Notes: generated from the sequence alone by a model not told the origin. Shown: positions 37,394 to 47,034, numbered from the stretch's first letter. The stretch: DNA of 64,000 nucleotides from an uncultured Pelagibacteraceae bacterium (GCA_902559935.1 CACEJN010000001.1:599-64598), one strand, 5' to 3'. Program-made: numbers and translations.

Positions 37394-40045
37394 TTAAAAG
37401 TTTAAAGATATATCTCTATGAACTGAGTTACACCTTGCAACAAATTTAGCTTGTTCTTTAGTTAATCTGTTTTGAAGTCTTAGACCAATATTATGTTTTA
37501 TAACATCATTATATTTAATTAATTCTGGCATCAAATTCTTGTTAGCATCATCTCTCCATGAAACTTCTAAATTGAAAAGATCAAAAGTTTCAGAACTTAC
37601 TTCAATTAATTTTTGCTCATCTACCTCATCATTATCTATAACAGATATTAGGTCGTCTAATTTATTTGCAAATTCTTCAGTTCCAGAAATTTCTCCTAGT
37701 TTTTCAAAAAGACTGTCAATTATTGATATTGTGTTTTCGTAATTTTTATTATCAATATTATATTTTAATTCTTTTATTTCTGGTGAAAGCTCTTTTAATT
37801 TTTCATTATCATTTATAAACATTACTATTTGATCCAGAGTTTCATAAGCTTCATCAACATTTTTTCTATATCTTTTAGTTCTTGTGTTTTTTGCTTTGTG
37901 CAATATTTCAAACTCTCCATTTTTAGTTTTCCAATTTTCAGGAACTTTATTTTGAAGTTCTTTAATTTCTAGCTCGTAATTTTCGATCTTTAATTCTAAT
38001 TTGTTTTTATCTGATGAGTTATCATCATCTAAATTTCTAATTTCAGCTTTTGTTTTTTTAATTTTCTGGTCTATTTTTCTAATTTTTTTCTCAATTTTTC
38101 TTACATTGAAATGCAAGTCCCTATAATCTTTTGTAAATAATTCATATTCTTCTTCCGTTTTTTGAAGTTTTTTTACAATAGTAAAAGTCCCAAGAGCATT
38201 ATCAAAATGCTCTTCAAAAATATCTAATTTATCCATTGGAAGATTTGTGGGAGTTAATTTCTGCATATCTTTTATTGCATTCGTAATTCTTTGTTCATCA
38301 GTATTGTAAATCGCAAATTTGTACTCTTGTAAGCAATATTGAAGCTTTGGATTCATCGGTGGTGGAGCGACATTCGATGTTAAATATGTTCTTGCTGGTA
38401 AGTAATTTACTAATGATGGATAAAAACCAACGATTCCAAGACCTATCAATTGTAAAATTATAAATGGAACCACACCTTTCCAAATATTTAAAGTGGTAAC
38501 AAGTTTTGAAGCTACACCCTTCAAATAAAATAGAGCAAAACCAAATGGAGGGGTTAAAAATGAAGTTTGCAAATTTACCCCAATCATCACACCAAGCCAA
38601 ATTGCACTTATATTCGCTCCTGGTTCAGCTAATAATATAGGAGCAATGATAGGGACAACAACCACAGCTATTTCAATAAAATCAAGAAAGAAACCTAATA
38701 AAAAAATCACTGCCATTACAACAATGAACTGAGTCCAAAATCCTCCTGGTAAATCTTGAAGAAAATCTCTTACTAGCTCTTCACCTCCAAATGCTCTGAA
38801 TCCAGAGGTTAACATTGCTGCACCCAATAAAATTATAAATACCATTGAAGTAGTTACGCATGTTTCTGTAACAACTTCTCTTAAAACATTTTCAACTTTA
38901 TATGCTCTCCAAAAACTCCAAATAATTCCTATTAAAAAAGTAATTGTAAAAAATCCCGTAATAAAAATTGCTGTAAGATCTCTAGTTTCTACAGCCTTAA
39001 TATTTAAATTATAATTCTTAGATAAAATATAAATTGGAATGATAGATAAAATTGCAATTATAATTGGATAATAAGCATCTTTTTTTCCTTTGTGTAAACG
39101 ATAACCTGCCATCATAGTTGCACCTATTGCTCCAATAGATCCAGCCTGATTAACAGTTGCAATACCCAAAAGTATAGATCCTAGAACGGCAAAAATTAAT
39201 GCAAGAGGTGGAATAATTACCATCAAAACTCTAATCCAAAATTTTGAATCAAAATTTCCTCTAAATGGAACAGGAGGAGCTGCCTTAGGATTTAATCTTG
39301 CGTACACAAATACATAAATCATATACAAACCAACTAAAACTAATCCTGGTAGTAGTGCCCCCAAAAACATATCTCCTGCCGAAGTTGAGCCCACTCTAAA
39401 TTCTCCAGGCATATTAAATTCACCAGTTAAAATTTTGTAATCAGTCTGACGCATAGTATTTGCAACGTCTGCTGCACTAGCTAATTGATCGGCTATAATA
39501 ATTAATACAATTGAAGGAGGTATAATTTGCCCAAGGGTTCCGGAGGAACAAACAATTCCGCTTGCAAGGCTTTTGTCATATTTATTATTAAGCATTGTTG
39601 GTAGTGATATTAATCCCATTGCTATTACAGTAGCGCCAACAATACCTGTCGTAGCTGCAAGTAATGCTCCGACAAAAATTACTGATATTCCAAGTCCCCC
39701 TGGGATCGGTCCAAATAACTGTCCCATAGTAACTAACAAATCTTCTGCTATTTTTGATTTTTGCAACATAATCCCCATAAAAATAAATAAAGGGATAGCA
39801 ATTAATGTATCGGTTTCTACATCCCAGTAGTTACTCCTAAAGTTAGTAATACCAGCGGTTAACCACTCCTTTGGACCATCAACAGCAAAATAAGCGCTGC
39901 TATCTCCTGCAAACAAATAACCAAAAAAAGCTGCAAGTCCGATTGAAATGATTGCCGATCCGGGTAATGCGAAAGCTACTGGAAAACCAGAAGCTAATGC
40001 TCCAATCATTATAATTACAAGTAAAGCTAAAAATAAATGTTCCAT
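37394..40045 (-). CDS. TRAP large permease DctM with a long C-terminal soluble coiled-coil extension
   Basis: GFPVAFAL, AIPLFIFMG, GTLGQIIPPS, QTSFLTPPFG, followed by about 330 charged helical residues. Confidence 0.9.
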   Translation of the reverse strand: MEHLFLALLVIIMIGALASGFPVAFALPGSAIISIGLAAFFGYLFAGDSSAYFAVDGPKEWLTAGITNFRSNYWDVETDTLIAIPLFIFMGIMLQKSKIAEDLLVTMGQLFGPIPGGLGISVIFVGALLAATTGIVGATVIAMGLISLPTMLNNKYDKSLASGIVCSSGTLGQIIPPSIVLIIIADQLASAADVANTMRQTDYKILTGEFNMPGEFRVGSTSAGDMFLGALLPGLVLVGLYMIYVFVYARLNPKAAPPVPFRGNFDSKFWIRVLMVIIPPLALIFAVLGSILLGIATVNQAGSIGAIGATMMAGYRLHKGKKDAYYPIIIAILSIIPIYILSKNYNLNIKAVETRDLTAIFITGFFTITFLIGIIWSFWRAYKVENVLREVVTETCVTTSMVFIILLGAAMLTSGFRAFGGEELVRDFLQDLPGGFWTQFIVVMAVIFLLGFFLDFIEIAVVVVPIIAPILLAEPGANISAIWLGVMIGVNLQTSFLTPPFGFALFYLKGVASKLVTTLNIWKGVVPFIILQLIGLGIVGFYPSLVNYLPARTYLTSNVAPPPMNPKLQYCLQEYKFAIYNTDEQRITNAIKDMQKLTPTNLPMDKLDIFEEHFDNALGTFTIVKKLQKTEEEYELFTKDYRDLHFNVRKIEKKIRKIDQKIKKTKAEIRNLDDDNSSDKNKLELKIENYELEIKELQNKVPENWKTKNGEFEILHKAKNTRTKRYRKNVDEAYETLDQIVMFINDNEKLKELSPEIKELKYNIDNKNYENTISIIDSLFEKLGEISGTEEFANKLDDLISVIDNDEVDEQKLIEVSSETFDLFNLEVSWRDDANKNLMPELIKYNDVIKHNIGLRLQNRLTKEQAKFVARCNSVHRDISLNF

Positions 40046-40048
40046 TAT

Positions 40049-41032
40049 TTAATTTTTTAAAAGTTTATAACTGCTACTCATAAAGAAGCTTGTGAATTGA
40101 GTTAACATACTTACTGCAAACACAGCCAAATAAACTGCCATTAGATAAAGTAAATATAATCCGTTTGAACCTTGTTGCGTAATTTCAAAAGAAATTACAG
40201 GGCCATTAATGATACTAGCTTTGCCCCCCATGCCTAAAAATATTACAATCAAACATAAAGGAATTCCTAGAATTAATGACCCGATTGCATTAGTCCATGC
40301 TTTTTTACGTTCGCTAAAACCAGTATAAAGAACATCAACTCTAACATGGCCCTCGTGAATTAATGCATAAGCGCTTGCAAATAAATAAAGTGCTGCATAC
40401 CAAAAACGAACTAAATCTCCTTGGAATGCTTGCTCATATTGAAAAATAAATCTTGATAATACAATTAAAAATTCACTTCCAACTACTAAAACTGCTAACC
40501 AAATAAAGCCAACAGATCTTGTAAAATAACCAATTACAAAAGAAGCTAATATTAAAGGAAAGTGTATATATGTAATTCTAAAAGCAGGTATTACTAAATT
40601 AATTTTAAGTTGTTCGCCAAAAATTGGCTCAACTAGTTTTTCCACAACCATAAATGAGATAAAAAAATCTGCTACTCCAACAATTAATACAGCCCAGAAA
40701 GAAGATCTCACAATGTAAGCTGTAATTTTTGTTAAGATCTCAGAGTCTGTCTGTAATGTTTGTTTTATAGATTTCAAAACAAAAAATATAACTCCTATGA
40801 GAGAAGCAAAATAAAATAGTAATTGAATATATGATAAGTTTATTGCTAGACCCTCTAAAGGCTTATTTAATTTTTTAAATCCAAATAATTCATAATTAGC
40901 AAAAAGTTTTTTAACTCCGGGCCAATCAAACCAAACCGTTAAAACATTATTGATTAGAAAAACTAATGTTAAGGCTAAGATAGAATAACTAAATATTCTT
41001 ATTAAAATAGATAAGTTATTTTTCGCCACCAT
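40049..41032 (-). CDS. TRAP small permease DctQ (N-terminally extended)
   Basis: GHVRVDVLY DctQ motif in the C-terminal half. 327 aa, between dctP and dctM. Confidence 0.85.
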   Translation of the reverse strand: MVAKNNLSILIRIFSYSILALTLVFLINNVLTVWFDWPGVKKLFANYELFGFKKLNKPLEGLAINLSYIQLLFYFASLIGVIFFVLKSIKQTLQTDSEILTKITAYIVRSSFWAVLIVGVADFFISFMVVEKLVEPIFGEQLKINLVIPAFRITYIHFPLILASFVIGYFTRSVGFIWLAVLVVGSEFLIVLSRFIFQYEQAFQGDLVRFWYAALYLFASAYALIHEGHVRVDVLYTGFSERKKAWTNAIGSLILGIPLCLIVIFLGMGGKASIINGPVISFEITQQGSNGLYLLYLMAVYLAVFAVSMLTQFTSFFMSSSYKLLKN

Positions 41033-41054
41033 ATTAAATCTTTAATTGATATAT

Positions 41055-41082
41055 AAAAAGAGGGCCCATTTAAGGGCCCTCT
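41055..41082 (-). terminator. Hairpin/intrinsic terminator after the first dctP
   Basis: AGAGGGCCC-N6-GGGCCCTCT perfect stem followed by a U-tract on the minus strand. Confidence 0.8.
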
Positions 41083-41101
41083 AGTAATAATTAGAATTAA
41101 G

Positions 41102-42226
41102 TTATACTCCTAATGCTCTATTTCTTTGAGCAACATATGGCCCGTCAGACAAGTTAGTCCAAGCACCGATTTCCTTACGACCTTTAACAAAGGCAGCATG
41201 TACTTTCTTAGCAAGAGCACTATGTTGTTGAACTTCATCAAAAACTTCTGCAGCACCTTTAGCGAAAGCATCGTAAACTTTATCGTTAAACTTCTCTAGT
41301 TTAACTCCACTTTCGTTAACTAATCGCGCTAGTGCAGCTCCGTTTTTAGCATTGTATTCAGCCATTGTAGTTGTGTCAGCCCAATCACATGCAGTTTTAA
41401 TAATTAACTGATCTGATTTTGACAAACTAGTAAACCAAGATTTGTTAACTCCACAAGCTAGTGTAGATCCTGGTTCATGCATTCCTGGATAGTAGTAATA
41501 CTTAGCAGCTTCCTGGAACTTCATAGCTTCATCGTTCCAAGGTCCTACCCATTCAGTTGCATCAATTGCACCAGACACAAGGTTTTCATAAATTTGTCCA
41601 CCAGGAAGTGAAATTGGAGAACCACCAAGTTTTCCAAGAACTTGTCCACCTAAACCAGGCATACGCATTTTTAAACCTTTAAAGTCATTAGCTGATCTAA
41701 TTTTTTTGTTAAACCAACCACCCATTTGCACTCCAGTGTTACCAGCAGCAAAACTTTGTGTTCCAAAATCATCAGTCAATTCATCCCACAACTCTTGTCC
41801 ACCAGCAAATTTTAACCACGCATTCATTTCAGCATATGTGAAACCAAATGGAACGGCAGTAAAATATCCAAATGCAGGGTGTTTTTTAACCCAGTAGTAA
41901 TCAGCACCGTGATACATTTGAGAGTTACCTGATGCAACTTCGTCAAACGAGTCAAATGCTTTTACCCTCTCGTTAGCAGCGTAATAAGTAACTTGAATTC
42001 TACCGTCACTCATATCGCTTAATCTTTGAGCAAGTCTTTGTGCACCAGTTCCTAGGCCTGGAAAATCTCTAGGCCAAGTAGCTACCATAGAAGCTTCAAC
42101 TCTTTCTTTAGCAACTGCTGGAGCAGATAAAGCAACAGCAGCAACACCTGTTGCAGCTGCAGTTTTAAAGAACTTACGTCTTGAAGGTGATCTAGAAACC
42201 TTCAATGATTTTTTTTCTTTAATCAT
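41102..42226 (-). CDS. TRAP substrate-binding protein (TakP/2-oxo-acid-binding-like), Tat-exported
   Basis: SRRKFFK twin-Arg signal, GNTGVQMGGWF, KMRMPGLGG, DATEWVGP, YPGMHEPG. Confidence 0.9.
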   Translation of the reverse strand: MIKEKKSLKVSRSPSRRKFFKTAAATGVAAVALSAPAVAKERVEASMVATWPRDFPGLGTGAQRLAQRLSDMSDGRIQVTYYAANERVKAFDSFDEVASGNSQMYHGADYYWVKKHPAFGYFTAVPFGFTYAEMNAWLKFAGGQELWDELTDDFGTQSFAAGNTGVQMGGWFNKKIRSANDFKGLKMRMPGLGGQVLGKLGGSPISLPGGQIYENLVSGAIDATEWVGPWNDEAMKFQEAAKYYYYPGMHEPGSTLACGVNKSWFTSLSKSDQLIIKTACDWADTTTMAEYNAKNGAALARLVNESGVKLEKFNDKVYDAFAKGAAEVFDEVQQHSALAKKVHAAFVKGRKEIGAWTNLSDGPYVAQRNRALGV

Positions 42227-42308
42227 TACTCTCTCCTCTTATTTGTTAATTAACTGCACAGAGTAAATTACAATTGTGCGTTTAAGTCTAGAGTAAAATA
42301 ACTTTAAA

Positions 42309-42325
42309 AGATTGTATTACAATCT
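42309..42325. promoter_or_regulatory. Palindromic operator candidate upstream of the first dctP
   Basis: Perfect AGATTGTA-T-TACAATCT; a 1-nt spacer fits a DNA dyad better than an RNA hairpin. Confidence 0.55.
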
Positions 42326-42353
42326 GAGGTAGTAAATAAGAGATTAATTAAAA

Positions 42354-42530
42354 TTATTTTTTGTCAAAAAAGGCTTCGTACACCATCATGAAAATTGCAA
42401 TTGCCATCAATATATAAACTGGCAATACATCAAAAAAACCTATCATTGTTGATCTTGTAAGTGTCGTAGCTAAGCCAACTAAAAAAGCTGTTGCAAGCAA
42501 AGTTCCTAAAAATGTTGTAAATTTTTGCAT
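42354..42530 (-). CDS. Small two-TM membrane protein (58 aa), missed by the ORF track
   Basis: ATG at 42530 immediately after the amidase stop: MQKFTTFLGTLLATAFLVGLATTLTRSTMIGFFDVLPVYILMAIAIFMMVYEAFFDKK*. Confidence 0.75.
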   Translation of the reverse strand: MQKFTTFLGTLLATAFLVGLATTLTRSTMIGFFDVLPVYILMAIAIFMMVYEAFFDKK

Positions 42531-43859
42531 TTAGTTATTACATTCCTTTTCTAACCAATTAGCAATACCTAAAAATCTATGATCATCGTACCTAGCACCA
42601 GTTAATTGAACTCCTAGAGGCATATTTGCATCACCTTGTAACAATGGAAGTGATATACATGGAGTTCCAAGATAAGACCAAACTTTATTAAATTCTGCAG
42701 AACCAGTTGTTTTTAAACTTTTAGGAGCGACACCAGGACTGGCGGGTGATAAAACTCCATGATAATCTTCAAATACTTCTTCATAAGACGCGTAACTTCT
42801 TTTCATGAAATCCAGGGCCTCGGCATACTCTTTTGCTGAATGTTTATTACCTTTAACAATTGCATCTTGCATTGGCTTAGATAATTTTTTTTTATACTTT
42901 TTATAATATAATCCAAAATTATTTGCTAAATCAGTTTCATACATAATTTGATGATATTTATGAATATCTTTAAAATAAGAAGGGTTATCAAAAACCTCAA
43001 TATTTTTTTTAAAAGACTTTATAAAATATTCAAAAGCTTCTCTGGATTTTTTTTCAATATTTTTCCAATAATCTGTTTTATAAAAAATAAATTTAGGTTC
43101 AAACAAAGGACCTTTTTTTGTTTCCACAAGCATATTCTCAGCTGAATAATGAACGGTTGCAGGGTCAAAATTATCTTTTTTAATTAAAACTTTTGAAAGT
43201 AATGCAACGTCTTCTACTGATCTTCCAAATACACCTATGTGATCTAATTTTTCTGAAGTTTTAAGTACACCATTTCTTGAAATTAACCCGTAAGTTGGTT
43301 TGTAACCTACAACTCCACAATATGATGCTGGTCTTATTATTGAACCACCTGTTTGTGAACCAATTGATAAAGGTGCCATAAACGAAGCAACGGCTGCTGC
43401 AGATCCACTTGAAGAACCGCCTGGAGTTCTTGAATGATCATGTGGATTAGTCGTTTTAGGAGGGCCAAGATATGCTAATTCGGCTGTAGCTGTTTTACCC
43501 ATTACAATTGCGCCAGCTGCTAATAATAAATCAACTATTTCTGCATTTTGTGAGTAAGATTTGCCCTTTCTAATTACAGTTCCACATTCGGTTGGCATAT
43601 CAAGAGTTCCAACAATATCTTTCACAGCCACAGGGACACCGTGTAATGGTCCTAAAGGTTTACCTGATCTTCTATATTCGTCAGCTTCTGCTGCTTTTTC
43701 TAGTAGAAGTTTTTTATCAAAGTGGGCCCAAGCTTTTACATCTTTTTCAAATTTATTAATTCTTTCTATATACTTTTCACATATTTCTACTGATGTTAAT
43801 TGAGCCTCTTTTATTTTCAAAGCAAGCTCTTCAGCTTTAAGAGAAAAAATATCTATCAT
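42531..43859 (-). CDS. Amidase-signature family amidase (malonamidase E2-like)
   Basis: VKDIV (catalytic Lys), PGGSSSGS, GSQTGGSIIRPAS, TGSAEFNKVWSYLGTP. Confidence 0.88.
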   Translation of the reverse strand: MIDIFSLKAEELALKIKEAQLTSVEICEKYIERINKFEKDVKAWAHFDKKLLLEKAAEADEYRRSGKPLGPLHGVPVAVKDIVGTLDMPTECGTVIRKGKSYSQNAEIVDLLLAAGAIVMGKTATAELAYLGPPKTTNPHDHSRTPGGSSSGSAAAVASFMAPLSIGSQTGGSIIRPASYCGVVGYKPTYGLISRNGVLKTSEKLDHIGVFGRSVEDVALLSKVLIKKDNFDPATVHYSAENMLVETKKGPLFEPKFIFYKTDYWKNIEKKSREAFEYFIKSFKKNIEVFDNPSYFKDIHKYHQIMYETDLANNFGLYYKKYKKKLSKPMQDAIVKGNKHSAKEYAEALDFMKRSYASYEEVFEDYHGVLSPASPGVAPKSLKTTGSAEFNKVWSYLGTPCISLPLLQGDANMPLGVQLTGARYDDHRFLGIANWLEKECNN

Positions 43860-43864
43860 TTCTT

Positions 43865-45226
43865 TTAGTTAGCAAATAACGTTTCTGGTAACCATAAAGC
43901 AATTGCGGGAAACATATACATTAAAAACATAGCGAAAATCACAATTGCTAAAAACGGCATAATACCTCTAAAAATATCCATTAATTCAACGTTAGTTTTT
44001 TGAACTCCTTTTAAATAATAAGCCGACATCGCCATTGGCGGCGTTAAAAAAGAGGTTTGCAAATTTAAAGCTATTAACATTGCAAAAAAATATGGGTTAA
44101 CGCCAAAAATTTCTAATAGTGGTAAAAAAATTGGAACAAAAATAATTAAAATTTCAGTCCACTCTAATGGCCATCCTAAAAGGAAAATTATAATTTGTGT
44201 AATTACTAGAAATTGCCAAGTTGAAATATTTATAGAAGTAAAAAAATGTTCAAAAACTTCATGTCCACCTAGGTAAGAAAATACTGAAGAAAAAGTCCAA
44301 GATCCAATAAATAACCACATAATCATAGCTGTTGTTTTAGCAGTTAAAAAAACAGACTCTTTAAAGTTTTGCCATTTAAGCGTTTTATAGAACCAAGATA
44401 AAATCAATGCTCCAAAAGCTCCTGCTGCTGCAGCTTCTGCTGGTGTTGCTATTCCAGCTAAAATTGTTCCAAGCACCAACATAATTAATCCAAATAAAGG
44501 CACAAAAGAAACTAATACCTCTTTTAAAATTTCTGCACGAGGTGGAATATCTTCTTTTGGAGGTCTGGGTGCTATAGATGGATTCAGCCACGCTCTTATA
44601 ACTGCATAGCCAATATACAATCCTGCCAAAAGTAAACCTGGAAAGATAGCGGCCGCAAAAAGTCTTAGAGGTGATAATTGAGCAATAACTGAATAAACAA
44701 TCAACATAATGCTTGGTGGTATTAGAATGCCTAAACATCCTCCAGAACATATTATTCCTGATGCAAATTTTTTATCGTAGCCAGCTTTTACCATTGCTGG
44801 CCAAGCTAATAATCCCATCAACGTCACTACTGCACCAATAATTCCTGTTGCTGTAGAAAACAGTGTACAAGTGATTAATGCAGCAACAGCCATAGATGCT
44901 GGAAGTCTATGTGCAGCTAATCTTATGGCAAAAAATAATTTTGCTACAATTCCCGCTCTCTCAACTAAATAACCCATGAACAAGAATAAAGGTACAGCTG
45001 TCAGAACATTATTATCCATAACAGTATAGGTGTTTTGAACAAATAATTGAAAAATTCTATTATCAAAAATATGTTCCATCATGGTCGCGTCGTAGTAAGC
45101 GTAATAACCAAACACAATACCCATCGCCATTAATGTAAATGCAATTGGAAAACCTAAAAGAACAGCAAATAGAAATATACCCATCATTAAAATTGCAACT
45201 TCTGGATTTGAAAGACTAAATAACAT
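43865..45226 (-). CDS. TRAP large permease DctM (second system)
   Basis: GFPIAFTL, AVPLFLFMG, LGILIPPS, QTSFLTPP. Confidence 0.92.
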   Translation of the reverse strand: MLFSLSNPEVAILMMGIFLFAVLLGFPIAFTLMAMGIVFGYYAYYDATMMEHIFDNRIFQLFVQNTYTVMDNNVLTAVPLFLFMGYLVERAGIVAKLFFAIRLAAHRLPASMAVAALITCTLFSTATGIIGAVVTLMGLLAWPAMVKAGYDKKFASGIICSGGCLGILIPPSIMLIVYSVIAQLSPLRLFAAAIFPGLLLAGLYIGYAVIRAWLNPSIAPRPPKEDIPPRAEILKEVLVSFVPLFGLIMLVLGTILAGIATPAEAAAAGAFGALILSWFYKTLKWQNFKESVFLTAKTTAMIMWLFIGSWTFSSVFSYLGGHEVFEHFFTSINISTWQFLVITQIIIFLLGWPLEWTEILIIFVPIFLPLLEIFGVNPYFFAMLIALNLQTSFLTPPMAMSAYYLKGVQKTNVELMDIFRGIMPFLAIVIFAMFLMYMFPAIALWLPETLFAN

Positions 45227-45803
45227 TTGATTTATCTTCCTCTTGTGATGTTCTCATCAGCATTTGTTCTGTTTCCTCAGCAACTACCATTCGCATAGGC
45301 CATTGTCCTGTTTTGATACAAATAATAGATCTAAAAACTTCTGCAATTCCTTGAATAACTAACAATGTACCTGCAGCAGGTATCATAGATTTAACCATGT
45401 AAATTTGTATTTGAGCTGGACTACTCCAACTTGTCTCTTTTATTTTCCAAGCAATTGCAGCGTATTCATATCCGTAAAAAGCTAAAGCAACGACGCCTGG
45501 AAAAAAGAAGATAAAATAAAGGACTAAATCTATCCAAGCTTGGGTTCTTTGTTTAAATAATCGATAAATTACATCACCTCTTACATGGGCTTCGGTTGCT
45601 AAACAATATGCACCCGACATCATTAGTATTGCCCCATACATTTGCATACTAAAATCAAAATTCCATAAAGTTGGCTTATTAAAAACATAAGCCATAACAA
45701 CTTCATAAACTGTTCCACCCATTAAAATTACAATACACCAAGAAAATGCTTTACCCATTGAGGTGCTAAGTGTGTCCGCAAATTTAATGAAAGTTTCCAT
45801 CAT
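45216..45803 (-). CDS. TRAP small permease DctQ (second system)
   Basis: Four TM helices, AHVRGDVIY. The start lies within TTG-ATG-ATG at 45806-45798. Confidence 0.88.
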   Translation of the reverse strand: MMETFIKFADTLSTSMGKAFSWCIVILMGGTVYEVVMAYVFNKPTLWNFDFSMQMYGAILMMSGAYCLATEAHVRGDVIYRLFKQRTQAWIDLVLYFIFFFPGVVALAFYGYEYAAIAWKIKETSWSSPAQIQIYMVKSMIPAAGTLLVIQGIAEVFRSIICIKTGQWPMRMVVAEETEQMLMRTSQEEDKSNVI

Positions 45804-45826
45804 CAAAAAGTATATTAAATTAAACT

Positions 45827-45859
45827 AAAAAAAAAGGGGGTTTTTAAACCCCCTTTTTT
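45827..45859 (-). terminator. Hairpin/intrinsic terminator after the second dctP
   Basis: A9-GGGGG-TTTTTAAA-CCCCC-T6, with a U-tract on both strands. Confidence 0.8.
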
Positions 45860-45876
45860 GAATTTACTAAAGTTAA

Positions 45877-47034
45877 TTAGATTTTAACTTTCTCAATTGG
45901 TCCAAACTCATTTTCATAAGCTAATTTGTAGTTCGGTTGATTCATCAACAGATACTTCATAGTTCTCTTAGCGTATGCTTTTTGTGAGTCTACTACTTTC
46001 TTAAAGAAAGCATCCTTACCAGAAAACTCACCAATGATTTTATCCCAACCTTTTAATTGCTCGGCTAAGATAGCATCAGAAGTTTGGTAAACATTTACCT
46101 TATGCTCATTCATTAACTTAGCTAAGTCAGCTGAATATCTAACTAAAGCTTTAAAGTAGTTATCTGAGTTTGCAGCGTATGCAGCATTCTTCAAGATAGC
46201 TTGATGAGCAGGTGAAAGGCTGTTTAGTCTCTTCGTGTTCACAGGAATTTCAAACATTTCCTGGGATTGGTGGAAACTTCCTAAGTGATAGTGTTTAGAG
46301 ACATCTTGCATTCCAAACTGTGAGTCTGACGTTGGGTTGTTAAACTCTGCAGCATCAATCAAACCAGTTTTCATGGCTGGTTGGATCTCACCACCTGGCA
46401 ATTGTCTTACGACCATTCCCATGGCAGTTAAAACGTTAGTCGCAAGACCAACTGTTCTATACTTCATACCTTTTACATCAGATACTTTTGTTACGTTCTT
46501 TTTGAACCAACCAAATGGTTGTGCTGGCATTGGCATATGGAAGAAACCAGTGTAATTAAATCCAACACTTTTTACTGCTTCTTCGTATAATGCTCTTCCT
46601 CCACCATACTCCATCCATCCCATTACTTCTTGAGATGACATTCCGTATGAAGGACCAGTTCCAAAAAGTGAAGCTGCAGCATTTTTTCCATACCAGTATG
46701 CAGTCACCCAGTGACCCATATCTACTACTCCTGAACTTACTGCTTGTCCAATTTCTGAAGTTTTTACAACGGCACCAACAGGCTGTAGATCAATTTTTAA
46801 TGATCCTCCAGACATGTCACTAACCATTTTTGCATAGTCTCCTGCCATTTCAAAAAAGATGTTTGCGCCTGAAGGCCAAGCTGCTTGCATTTTTAATGTT
46901 AATGGCGCACCAAAAGCAACATTAGGCATTGCTACTGCTGTAGCGGCTGCCGCACCAGTTGCTGCTGCTGCTTTGAAGAACTTTCTTCTTGAAGGAGTTT
47001 TAGAACCCTTCAATGATTTTTTGTTCTTAATCAT
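45877..47034 (-). CDS. TRAP substrate-binding protein (second system), Tat-exported
   Basis: SRRKFFK signal, QPFGWF, MKYRTVGL, DAAEFNNP. Confidence 0.9.
   Translation of the reverse strand: MIKNKKSLKGSKTPSRRKFFKAAAATGAAAATAVAMPNVAFGAPLTLKMQAAWPSGANIFFEMAGDYAKMVSDMSGGSLKIDLQPVGAVVKTSEIGQAVSSGVVDMGHWVTAYWYGKNAAASLFGTGPSYGMSSQEVMGWMEYGGGRALYEEAVKSVGFNYTGFFHMPMPAQPFGWFKKNVTKVSDVKGMKYRTVGLATNVLTAMGMVVRQLPGGEIQPAMKTGLIDAAEFNNPTSDSQFGMQDVSKHYHLGSFHQSQEMFEIPVNTKRLNSLSPAHQAILKNAAYAANSDNYFKALVRYSADLAKLMNEHKVNVYQTSDAILAEQLKGWDKIIGEFSGKDAFFKKVVDSQKAYAKRTMKYLLMNQPNYKLAYENEFGPIEKVKI

Noticed and set aside
42531-43859. gatA
   Set aside because: Lacks GatA-specific motifs (DEFAMGS, SDTGGSIRQPA, RYDG) and has no gatB/gatC neighbours.
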